Assembly: GCA_044892525.1 (NCBI GenBank)
Contig: CM097885.1
Location: 4,714,001-4,778,000, forward strand
Length of the DNA: 64,000 nucleotides
Direction of reading: 5' to 3'
From: Schmidtea polychroa
Taxonomy: Eukaryota
How positions within the stretch are numbered: the stretch's first letter is position 1; every line of letters begins with the position of its first letter. The notes under the pieces are model-generated. The model was not told the origin of the DNA. It was given only the letters and a program-made list of their open reading frames with translations, and did no database searches. This document shows, in pieces, positions 38,431-50,583 of the stretch. A program made the translations under genes and the position numbers.

Positions 38431-40012
38431 TTCAAAAGTACTTTTGATGGTGAGTTCGAAGGTCCAAGGGTCCAAGGTTCAAAAATTTTAAAACCTTATA
38501 ATATACATATCAAACAAAAGGTATTTGAGATGTAAGTATCATGGTCATACTTTCAAAGGTTTATGAATGGTCTTGAAACTTCAAACCTTCAAAGGGTCCA
38601 AAACCTTTAAAAATTATACATATAGATATATACATGTCAAATAAAAGGTAATACAAAGGTGAGCATGATAATCATACCCTTGAAGGTCATACTCTCGAAA
38701 GGGTCCAAGGTTCAAATTTTTTAAAACCTCATAATATACATATCAAATAAAAGGTAATACAAAGGTGAGTATGATGGTCATACCCTTGAAGGGCATACCC
38801 TCGAAAGGGTCCAAGGTTCAAATTTTTTAAAACCTCATAATATACATATCAAATAAAAGGTAATTCAAAGGTGAGTTCGAAGGTCCATAGGTCGAAGGGT
38901 CCAAGGTTCAAATTTTAGAAACATTATAATATACATATCAAACAAAAGGTAATTCAAAGATGAATATGATGGTCTAAGTTTGAAGGTCAAAGAGTCCAAG
39001 GATCCAAGGTTTAAATTTTTCAAACCTTATATTATACATATCAAACAAACGGTAATAAAAAAGTACTCATCGATGACTCATTTATTTTTTGAACAAATGC
39101 AATGACGCGCCCATGGAATTTATTATTTATTACTATCAATAGTATTATTATTATTTATTATTATTAATTTCAATATTATTTATTATTATCAATAGTATTA
39201 TTATTATTTTCGAAAATATTTTCAAAATTTATTATTAATATTACTATTATTATTATCATCAAGTTTTAATTATCAAGGAAATTTAAACAAAGACCATGAC
39301 TCAGTCGCTGAGTCATCAAGGTCATTCTATTTTTAGTAACATTTTGAATATATTTTTAGTAACATTTTTGATCCGATCATTGATCCGATGACTCGCCAAG
39401 GTCGTTCTATTTTTAGTAACAAAGACATCTATTTTTGTTCCAGCGGTTTATTTTTGTTTTAATTATAGATTAAGAAATAATTTAATTTTGTTTAAATCGT
39501 TGATTATTTAATAATATTTTTATTTTTGTTTTAATTATCGAATACGTAATAATTTAATTTTGTTTAAATTGTTAATTATATAATAATATTTTTATTTTTG
39601 TTTTAATTATTGAATACGTAATAATTTAATTTTGTTTAAATTGTTAATTATATAATAATAATTTTATTTTTTGTTTTAATTATCGAATACATAATAATTT
39701 CATTTTGTTTAAATCGTTGATTATGTAATAATAATATTTTTGTTTTGATTTTCGATTACTCAATAATTTAATTTTGTTTAAATCGTTGATTATATAATAT
39801 TTTTTGTTTTAATTATTGATTACGTAATAATTTAATTTATCATTATTATTGGGAAAGATAATAATGCCGCGCGGAAGATGTTATTTTCAAAATTATTATT
39901 TTCGAAGTTTTAATTAATATTATTATAGAGTCCGAGTTTATCCGACAAAATATTGTGTCCCCCTATGTGTATTTGTCGTAAGGGTACTAGTCACATTCAA
40001 CATGTCCCAAGG

Positions 40013-40065
<53 letters not shown>

Positions 40066-40541
40066 ACTTTATAATTATTATTTTATTATTTTCAAGGTCA
40101 TATTATTATTTTTCAAAATATTATTATTTTTCTAAATAGTTTTATTTTCAAGGTCATATTATTATTTTTCAAAATATTATTATTTTATTATTTTCAATAT
40201 CATATTATTATTTTTCAAAATATTATTATTCTCAAGGTCATATTATTACTTTTTCAAATATTATTATTTTCAAGGTCATATTATTATTCTTCAAAATATT
40301 ATTAATTTCAAGGTCATATTATTATTTTTCAAATATTATTATTTTCAAGGTCATATTATTATTCTTCAAAATATTATTAATTTCAAGGTCATATTATTAT
40401 TTTTCAAAATATTATTATTCTCAAGGTCATATCATTATTTGTTCCATATGTTTGAAAAACTGTAGTAGATGTCAGAGTTGTGGTGTCATAATCGATGAAT
40501 CTCATTCAGTGTATTTTGTGAAATTAATGTTGTAAAACTCC

Positions 40542-40629
<88 letters not shown>

Positions 40630-40635
40630 TATTAC

Positions 40636-40695
<60 letters not shown>

Positions 40696-41035
40696 TATTA
40701 TTATTATTATTATTTGCGAAGTTCTTATTATTTTATTTTCGATGTTTTATTATTATTTACTTCATAATTCATAATTCATAATTTTTAACGTTTTCATCAT
40801 TTTCAACATTTTCATCATTTTCATAATTTTCAAGATTTTCATAATTTTCACGATTTTCAATATTTTCAAAATTATTTTCAAATTTCTTATTATTTATTTT
40901 CAAAGTATATTATTATTATTATTATAATATATGCTCCTAGTCTATCCGACAAAATATTTTGTCCCCCTATGGGTACTGCTCACAATCAACAGGTTGCAAG
41001 GGTACTAGTCATGCTTATTATTATTGTTATACAAT

Positions 41036-41335
41036 ATGATGTTACTTAGACATTTGAAGGTTCTACCATGGTTACAATTTCTAGATTTTGAAAACACTAA
41101 TTTGATTTTTGAATGGATAGCAAAACCCGATTTGATTGAAAATAATCTAACGGAAAAACTGTACGATGTTAAGAAACGGTATTTAACTTGTTCAATTTGT
41201 AAAGAAAATCAAGTTTCGGTTTTGTATTTACCGTGTGGTCACGTAATTGTTTGTTCTAAGTGTCACGAGAAGAATGTTCACAATTGTCAAGCCTGTTCAA
41301 CACTGATTAATGAATATCATAATATATACATGTAA
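41036..41335 (+). CDS. Small C3HC4 RING protein (IAP/MDM-type C-terminal RING), copy 1
   Basis: CSIC...VLYLPCGHVIVCSKC.....CQAC...I.....IY at extreme C-terminus; ATG 41036. Confidence 0.85.
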   Translation: MMLLRHLKVLPWLQFLDFENTNLIFEWIAKPDLIENNLTEKLYDVKKRYLTCSICKENQVSVLYLPCGHVIVCSKCHEKNVHNCQACSTLINEYHNIYM

Positions 41336-41831
41336 GTTCTCAATACAAATCAATACAAAGTCAAATGAATTATTACCATACATAATGACGGTACTATAAT
41401 GTAGGAAATTTTCAAACATTGAATAATATGAAATCATCTTGGTAATTAAATATATTGGGCGCAACTACCAAATGTTGATGATATGATGGATGGTTTGACA
41501 TTTATGATATTATTTTTAGATTATTCAGAATGAAATATACCCATGAGTCCATCAAAATGGGAAAAAGATCTTCTCAAGAACCATGAAGATGCTGGAAAGG
41601 CCGAAGAAACCCTAACCAATATTTTAAAGTTGAAATTATGTGTTACAGTATTTTCAAATTTAGAATATTTTCAAATTTCTTATTATTTATTTTCAAAGTA
41701 TATTATTATTATTATTATTATTATATATGCTCCTAGTCTATCCGACAAAATATTTTGTCCCCCTATGGGTACTGCTCACACTCAACAGGTTGCAAGGGTA
41801 CTAGTCATGCTTATTATTATTGTTATACAAT

Positions 41832-42131
41832 ATGATGTTACTTAGACATTTGAAGGTTCTACCATGGTTACAATTTCTAGATTTTGAAAACACTAATTTG
41901 ATTTTTGAATGGATAGCAAAACCCGATTTGATTGAAAATAATCTAACGGAAAAACTGTACGATGTTAAGAAACGGTATTTAACTTGTTCAATTTGTAAAG
42001 AAAATCAAGTTTCGGTTTTGTATTTGCCGTGTGGTCACGTAATTGTTTGTTCTAAGTGTCACGAGAAGAATGTTCACAATTGTCAAGCCTGTTCAACACT
42101 GATTAATGAATATCATAATATATACATGTAA
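41832..42131 (+). CDS. RING protein copy 2 (796-bp tandem duplication)
   Basis: Same protein sequence as copy 1. Confidence 0.85.
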   Translation: MMLLRHLKVLPWLQFLDFENTNLIFEWIAKPDLIENNLTEKLYDVKKRYLTCSICKENQVSVLYLPCGHVIVCSKCHEKNVHNCQACSTLINEYHNIYM

Positions 42132-43886
42132 GTTCTCAATACAAATCAATACAAAGTCAAATGAATTATTACCATACATAATGACGGTACTATAATGTAG
42201 GAAATTTTCAAACATTGAATAATATGAAATCATCTTGGTAATTAAATATATTGGGCGCAACTACCAAATGTTGATGATATGATGGATGGTTTGACATTTA
42301 TGATATTATTTTTAGATTATTCAGAATGAAATATACCCATGAGTTCATCAAAATGGGAAAAAGATCTTCTCAAGAACCATGAAGATGCTGGAAAGGCCGA
42401 AGAAACCCTAACCAATATTTTAAAGTTGAAATTATGTGTTACAGTATTATTACTGTTTCGTAAATAAATGTTTAATTTGTTTTTATAAATTTATTGTTTT
42501 ATTTCAATACTTTTTGATTAAAACATATTCATTTTGTTTTAATATTTGTATTAAATTTTTAAATAGTGTTATTTATATATATGGAAATTTACATACAATT
42601 ATATTTACAATTATTATAAATCATAATGATGCTTTTCTTCTGTTCATTGATTCTCCTCTGATATTACTGCCATAATCATCTTCGACAAAATGTAAAGATA
42701 ATATTTCTAGTGTCTTTGTTAATCATGCCCATTTATTGCAAAGTCTTTGTTAATTATGCACTTGTATTGCAAATTTATTAGTCATACAATTATATTATTT
42801 TTTTTTCATGCCCTGACATAATATTATTATTTTTAATTTTATTATTATGATTATTTAACAATACCATATAGCAAATTTTTAGGGAATTTAGTGAAAAGTA
42901 CATGGTTATTTTAAATATAGGAATTTCTTAAGTAAAATATTGCCAGATAAATTTACCAATTTAGTTAGAAATCCATGGTTTTTGGCTGTACCATTTAATT
43001 AAAATATTCTTGGATTCATAACAATTTTTTTTTATATAGTTGATAGTAATACCAATTATCTCAATTATTTAACTAGAAACATAACAGAATTCTTAGGTAA
43101 TATAGTATTTTTTAGTTAATTTATAAATATTATCTGACATTTTGATGTGTTTGACAACAAATTATTCAATAAAAACCATAGCATATTGTAAGTTTTTATA
43201 TAAAGTCTGAATTTATCCGACAATATATTTTGTCCCCCTATGTGTATTTGTCGTAAGGGTACTGCTTACATTCAACATGTCTCAAGGGTATATTAATTAA
43301 AGCACATGTATAGTAGTTAAAAATTCTTAGGTAATTTAGTGAGAAATGGATGATCATAGATATCAGAAATTCGTGAATATTTTGAATGTAACTTACCGAA
43401 TTCTCATTTCGAGCGACTAATTTATTGGTTAACTTTGTCATGTTTAGTCATGTAAAATAATATTAAGCAAAAGGTAAGATATGAATATTTAGTATTTCAT
43501 AGGTAATTTATTCATGTAATGTTCATTACAATAGTTAATACAACTTCGTGAGAAATGCATATTCATTAATAACAACATATATTTATTGATAATTTTGGTA
43601 GAAAGTCTTTATCATTTGGAGTAAATGTCTATCTTTGTTTGAGGCAAAAAGGAGTCATAATAGAAACATGATCATTTAGTTATCATTTAACCAATTAAGG
43701 TGCTTATTAGTTAGAAATATAGGGTTACAATTCTTTTCTTATTTATTGAGATGATCATTGCGCCCAATATAATTAATTACCAAGATGATTTCATATTATT
43801 CAATGTTTGAAAATTTCCTACATTATAGTACCGTCATTATGTATGGTAATAATTCATTTGACTTTGTATTGATTTGTATTGAGAAC

Positions 43887-44186
43887 TTACATGTATATAT
43901 TATGATATTCATTAATCAGTGTTGAACAGGCTTGACAATTGTGAACATTCTTCTCGTGACACTTAGAACAAACAATTACGTGACCACACGGTAAATACAA
44001 AACCGAAACTTGATTTTCTTTACAAATTGAACAAGTTAAATACCGTTTCTTAACATCGTACAGTTTTTCCTTTAGATTATTTTCAATCAAATCGGTTTTT
44101 GCTATCCATTCAAAAATCAAATTAGTGTTTTCAAAATCTAGAAATTGTAACCATGGTAGAACCTTCAAATGTCTAAGTAACATCAT
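43887..44186 (-). CDS. RING protein copy 3 (inverted arm)
   Basis: Differs from copies 1 and 2 by two residues (P>T, T>K). Confidence 0.85.
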   Translation of the reverse strand: MMLLRHLKVLPWLQFLDFENTNLIFEWIAKTDLIENNLKEKLYDVKKRYLTCSICKENQVSVLYLPCGHVIVCSKCHEKNVHNCQACSTLINEYHNIYM

Positions 44187-44819
44187 ATTGTATAACAATA
44201 ATAATAAGCATGACTAGTACCCTTGCAACCTGTTGAGTGTGAGCAGTACCCATAGGGAGACAAAATATTTTGTCGGATAGACTAGGAGCATATATAATAA
44301 TAATAATAATAATATACTTTGAAAATAAATAATAAGAAATTTGAAAATAATTTTGAAAATATTGAAAATCGTGAAAATTATGAAAATCGTGAAAATTATG
44401 AAAATGATAAAAATGTTGAAAATGATGAAAACGTTAAAAATTATGAATTATGAATTATGAAGTAAATAATAATAAAACATCGAAAATAAAATAATAAGAA
44501 CTTCGCAAAAAATAATAATAATAATAGTAATAATTAAAATAACAATAATAATAATATACTTTGAAAATAATTCTTTGAAAATAATTCTTTGAAAATAATA
44601 CTTTGAAAAATATTCGATGAAAAGTTTCTGAAATAATCATGAAAATGTTGAAAATCGTGAAAATATTGAAAAATGTTGAAAATGATGAAAATATTGAAAA
44701 TGATGAAAACGTTAAAATTTATGAAAATGTTCCTAAAAATAATCATCAAATATTGAAAATCGTAAATTGATGCAGAAAATAAAATAATAAGAACTTCACA
44801 AATAATAATAATAATAATA

Positions 44820-44937
<118 letters not shown>

Positions 44938-45168
44938 GGAGTTTTACAACATTAATTTCACAAAATACACTGAATGAGATTCATCGATTATGACACCACA
45001 ACTCTGACATCTACTACAGTTTTTCAAACATATGGAACAAATAATGATATGACCTTGAGAATAATAATATTTTGAAAAATAATAATATGATATTGAAAAT
45101 AATAAAATAATAATATTTTGAAAAATAAAAATATGACCTTGAAAATAATAAAATAATAATTATAAAGT

Positions 45169-45212
<44 letters not shown>

Positions 45213-46840
45213 CCTTGGGACATGTTGAATGTGACTAGTACCCTTACGACAAATACACATAGGGGGACACAATATTTTGACTCTATAATAATATTGATTA
45301 AAACTTCGAAAATAATAATTTTGAAAATAACATCTTCCGCGCGGCATTAATATCTTTCCCAATAATAATGATAAATTAAATTATTACGTAATCAATAATT
45401 AAAACAAAAAATATTATATAAGCAACGATTTAAACAAAATGAAATTATTATGTATTCGATAATTAAAACAAAAAATAAAATTATTATTATATAATTAACA
45501 ATTTAAACAAAATTAAATTATTACGTTTTCAATAATTAAAACAAAAATAAAAATATTATTATATAATTAACAATTTAAACAAAATTAAATTATTACGTAT
45601 TCGATAATTAAAACAAAAATAAAAATATTATTAAATAATCAACGATTTAAACAAAATTAAATTATTTCGTAATCGATAATTAAAACAAAAATAAACCGCT
45701 GGAACAAAAATAGATGTCTTTGTTACTAAAAATAGAACGACCTTGGCGAGTCATCGGATCAATGATCGGATCAAAAATGTTACTAAAAATATATTCAATG
45801 GCGCGTCATTGCATTTGTTCAAAAAATAAATGAGTCATCGATGAGTACTTTTTTATTACCGTTTGTTTGATATGTATATTATAAGGTTTGAAAAATTTAA
45901 ACCTTGGATCCTTGGACTCTTTGACCTTCAAACTTAGACCATCATATTCATCTTTGAATTACCTTTTGTTTGATATGTATATTATAATGTTTCTAAAATT
46001 TGAACCTTGGACCCTTCGACCTATGGACCTTCGAACTCACCTTCGAATTACCTTTTATTTGATATGTATATTATGAGGTTTTAAAAAATTTGAACCTTGG
46101 ACCCTTTCGAGGGTATGCCCTTCAAGGGTATGACCATCATACTCACCTTTGTATTACCTTTTATTTGATATGTATATTATGAGGTTTTAAAAAATTTGAA
46201 CCTTGGACCCTTTCGAGGGTATGACCTTCAAGGGTATGACCATCATACTCACCTTTGTATTACCTTTTATTTGATATGTATATTATGAGGTTTTAAAAAA
46301 TTTGAACCTTGGACCCTTTCGAAGGTATGACCTTCAAGAGTATGATTATCATGATCACCTTTGTATTACCTTTTATTTGACATGTATATATCTATATGTA
46401 TAATTTTTAAAGGTTTTGGACCCTTTGAAGGTTTGAAGTTTCAAGACCATTCATAAACCTTTGAAAGTATGACCATGATACTTACATCTCAAATACCTTT
46501 TGTTTGATATGTATATTATAAGGTTTTAAAATTTTTGAACCTTGGACCCTTGGACCTTCGAACTCACCATCAAAAGTACTTTTGAATGATATATATATAT
46601 ATATATATATATTATATGATTTTAAAAATATTTAATTTTGGATACCCTTTGAAGGTTATTGACCCACCATTCACCTTCGAGGGTATGACCATCATACTTA
46701 CCTCTCAAATACCTTTCGACTGATATATATATTATGAGGTTTGAAAAAATTCGAAGGTTTTTGACCCTTTTAAGGTTATTGACCCACCATATACCTTCGA
46801 GGGTATGACCATTAGATAGATCTCTCAAATACCTTTCGAA

Positions 46841-46888
<48 letters not shown>

Positions 46889-47183
46889 AATTTTGAAAAA
46901 ATTCGAAGGTTTTTTACCCTTAGAAGGCCGAGGACCCACCATACACCTTCGAGGGTATGACCATTAGATAGACCTCTCAAATACCTTTCGAATGATACCC
47001 TTTAGTAAAGGTTTGACTTTAAAAATATGACCTTGACCTTAAAAATATGACCTTGACCCCAGAGGTGACATGTGCCAGTGGTGACACATCCCACTACTGG
47101 ATGCCTTTGTAAAACTAAAAATGGTAAAGGTTTATACTTGAAGCCCTTCGAGCCCCATTGATACCATTTTTAATACCATAAAA

Positions 47184-48028
47184 ATGGTATATGAAGAAAG
47201 ATTATACTTTTAAAAAAATTACAATCTGAACAAGATAAATATAATAAAAAAGATACAACTCAACATGCTGAATCTATAATATTAAATGAGGTAATAACAC
47301 AACAACAGGGGCCAACAATTAAAGCTATAGAGGGACTTAAAACTATAGAAGCTCCTCTAACCCCTGAACTTAAAGCTATAGAACCTTCTAAAAAGGAATT
47401 ATCAAGATTAATGGGTTTAAGAAAACGTAGAAATACTATTGATTTAGAAGAAGATGAATTTCTTTCAAGATTAACACCTCTTAAGACTCCAATTAATTTT
47501 AAAATTAATACATCACTAGCTCCATCAATTATACCTACTATAGGTTATGATCCTAGAGGTTTTCAAACAATAACAATTAATAATCAAAAATTTTATATAT
47601 ATTTAAATTCAAAAAATAATCCAGCGATTATTTCAATAAATACTTTTATGAATAGAGAGCGTGTAGACATTGAACTTTCAGATGGTTTTCATGGATTAAT
47701 TTCTGGATATCTTCCAGATGATGTTAAGAAAGAAGAAATTGATAAATATTTAAACTTAATAAAATTAATACATGGTAGTTCTAAAGCAAAACATATTCAA
47801 GATTTAAAGAATTATTTAAATAAAAATGAAAAGGGTTATGTTGTTACAGAGGGTAAGGGGATGCCTGTGGCTGCAAACCCAATCAATCTTTTTATTGAAT
47901 TAAGAAAACTATTAGCAGCTAAAAAAGCAGGACATAATAATTTAGATTCTGATATTTTAAAGATTTCTAAAGATTTGTTAAAACAAGGAATAATTTCAAA
48001 AGATAAATTTAATAAGTATATAAAATGA
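47184..48028 (+). CDS. Conserved Polinton protein of unknown function; probable frameshift near 47210
   Basis: C-terminal NP..L..EL..LLAAKKAGHNN...I......L...GII motif typical of Polinton proteins upstream of the protease; frame is open upstream of 47411 to ~47210. Confidence 0.65.
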
Positions 48029-48510
48029 CTCCTTCAATATTAGATTTTTTAAAAACATTTGGAATAAATGCAAAAACAAATTTTGATTTAAAAGATTATG
48101 CAGATTATTTAAATTTAAAAATAAAAATATTAATGAATAATGAATTGAAAGGTCCGAAGGTCAAAGGTCAAAGGGTCACTCCAAAGAATATAATAATCAA
48201 TTATCAAAATTCAAATGAAAAAGGATCTCATTGGGTTTGTATATATATGGACGAAGTCCCAATCTACTTTGATTCTTTTGGGATTAAACCCACTAAAGAA
48301 GTTGAAGACTATCTGTCCGGGGTGAGCTCGAAGAGAGACTACACTTTTAATTCTTTACAAGTTCAACCTAATAATACTAACATATGTGGTATTTTAAGCT
48401 TATATGTTTTGTATAGATTGAATAAATCTCAAGGGACTCTGTCCAAAGGGGACTACTGTTTCACTTCCTTAATCCAAGAAATTTATAATGATTTAAAATC
48501 TCTACTATAA
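48025..48510 (+). CDS. Adenain-like (C5) maturation cysteine protease
   Basis: GSHWV, YFDSFG, Q, ICG catalytic motifs. Confidence 0.9.
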   Translation: MTPSILDFLKTFGINAKTNFDLKDYADYLNLKIKILMNNELKGPKVKGQRVTPKNIIINYQNSNEKGSHWVCIYMDEVPIYFDSFGIKPTKEVEDYLSGVSSKRDYTFNSLQVQPNNTNICGILSLYVLYRLNKSQGTLSKGDYCFTSLIQEIYNDLKSLL

Positions 48511-48513
48511 GAA

Positions 48514-49221
48514 ATGGAAGATAATTTAAAAAAAATGGTAAACATAATGTCAGATAAATATTCAAGAACTTTATCTATAAATTCAAAAGAATCAGACTTT
48601 ACTATAAATTTTGAAGATTCAATAAAATTAGATCAAAATTTAAATTATGAATTAGGTCTATTATGGCTTTGTGCTTATAATACTATTTTTAATATAACTA
48701 AAGATATTAACACATTTAGTTATGTAAGCCCCCCAAAAACGGAGTATAACATAAAAGATTTAAATAATATACTTTCTAAAAAAACAAATGGAGCTATTGA
48801 AATTAAAATAGATTTACCAACTTCAAAATGTATAATGACTTTAAAGAATATAGGACTTAGGTTTCAAAATAATAGTTTCTTTAGAACAATTTTAGGATTT
48901 ACACAAAACCATTATACCACACCTGAAGTTACATCAGAAAATATTATAAAAATAATAAATACAAACACAATAAATATTCATTGCGATTGTATAACAGGTT
49001 CTTATAACAATGGTAAACAAAGTAATATTTTATATTCCTTTACCTCAAACACAGTTCCTATGGGATATAAAATAGTTGAAAGAATGAATCCTCCAAATTA
49101 TTTACCTTTATGTAGAAAATATATAATGGATATTAATTTTAAAATTCTTAATCAAGAAGGAGAATTGATTGATTTTAATGGAGAAGAGATTTCAATGTAT
49201 TTACATTTGAAACAGGTTTGA
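48514..49221 (+). CDS. Minor capsid protein (penton)
   Basis: IHCD.I.GSY.NG....ILYSF, GYKIVE, YLPL, NQ.GELIDFNGEEI...LHLK. Confidence 0.85.
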   Translation: MEDNLKKMVNIMSDKYSRTLSINSKESDFTINFEDSIKLDQNLNYELGLLWLCAYNTIFNITKDINTFSYVSPPKTEYNIKDLNNILSKKTNGAIEIKIDLPTSKCIMTLKNIGLRFQNNSFFRTILGFTQNHYTTPEVTSENIIKIINTNTINIHCDCITGSYNNGKQSNILYSFTSNTVPMGYKIVERMNPPNYLPLCRKYIMDINFKILNQEGELIDFNGEEISMYLHLKQV

Positions 49222-49245
49222 AGATTCATTTTAAATTATTAATAA

Positions 49246-50505
49246 ATGAGTTCTTATATTCCTTGTAATAGAGGTGGTGGAACAATAAAAACAGGGTTTA
49301 ATACAGAAGAAATATTAACTTTAACATAAAATAAATATATTAATGAAAGAGGTGATTCAATGAAGGGAGATTTAAATTTAAATGGACACAAGATAAAAGA
49401 TTTATCTTAACCAATTGATGAAGGTGATGCTGCTAATAAAAATTATACTGATTTAACAACAACAAGAATTGAAAGTTCATTAACAACAAAAATTGATTCA
49501 ATGGAATCAAAGCTTAATAATATCGAACAACGATTTAATGATAAATTTGACAAGTTACAAAGTCTGTTAACTGAACAAGTTGTAAAGTTAAATACTAGTA
49601 TATTAAATTCTAAAGATAAACAAATTATGAATACTAAATTTAATACAATATATAATATAATAAATGAGATGATTACATCATTTAATAAAAGACTTTCAAA
49701 TTTAGAGTCTCATACGACACACATTAATACCACACATAGTATTATAAAAAGAGCTGCTGAATTAGAACAGAATAAAACATTATTACCCCATACATATAAA
49801 CATTTTATAGAACCAACTTTAATAACAACAAATAGTAAAGAATGGGGTGTTTTTATGGTTGTAAAGATTATTGATCCTTATTTCTTTTTATTTGATGATG
49901 ATAATGAAAGAATGAAATGGTTTGTGAAATGTGATTATAATAGTAAGTTTGAAAAGGGTGATGTTATAATAAGTGGACCTTCAGCTCCCACAGAACTTGA
50001 AATTATGAGAGTAAAAGAATTTAAATCAGAAACATTACATTTACAAGATTTATTAAAACATTATAAAAAAATTAAAAATAGATGGAAAAAAGGGAATACA
50101 GTTTTAAAAGTTATAGGTTATTCTTTAGGATTTGCATCTGCATTATTAACAGTTATTTTACCTATAACTTTTCCAGTTTTAACACTTGCGCCAGTAATAC
50201 TTGGAAGTATTTCTGTAGCTGATGGTTTCTTAACTGAAATAGTTTCATTATCTTATACTTCAAAAAAGAAAAGTTTATATCGTGAAGTTTGTTTATCAAT
50301 AGAATTAGGAATCTCTAAATTATTTTTATTTCAATTAAAAGCTTTGGAAGATGGAATCTTAACTGATGATGAAAAAATGAAATCAAATCAAATAATACAA
50401 GATATTAAAAATAATATTAATAGATTAAAAAGTGCTAATGTTATAACTAATAAATATTCTAAAAAAATTAAAAGGGAGAAATGGTTAAAGAATTCTTATT
50501 TATAA
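49246..50505 (+). pseudogene. Fibre-like/coiled-coil protein with C-terminal hydrophobic hairpin; two in-frame stops in 5' part
   Basis: ATG 49246 in frame with ORF 49501; GDSMKGDLNLNGHKIKDL..P....DAANKNYTD fibre-type repeat; TAA at 49327 and 49408. Confidence 0.65.
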
Positions 50506-50583
50506 AATGGGTGTATTTTTAAAAAAGTAGATCAGGTTGCTATAGTTGCTTAAATTAATTGTCGACATTTTATTATTAAAAAA

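Noticed and set aside
39922..40015. Hammerhead ribozyme as explanation of the shared cassette
   Set aside because: No CTGATGA/GAAA core visible on either strand
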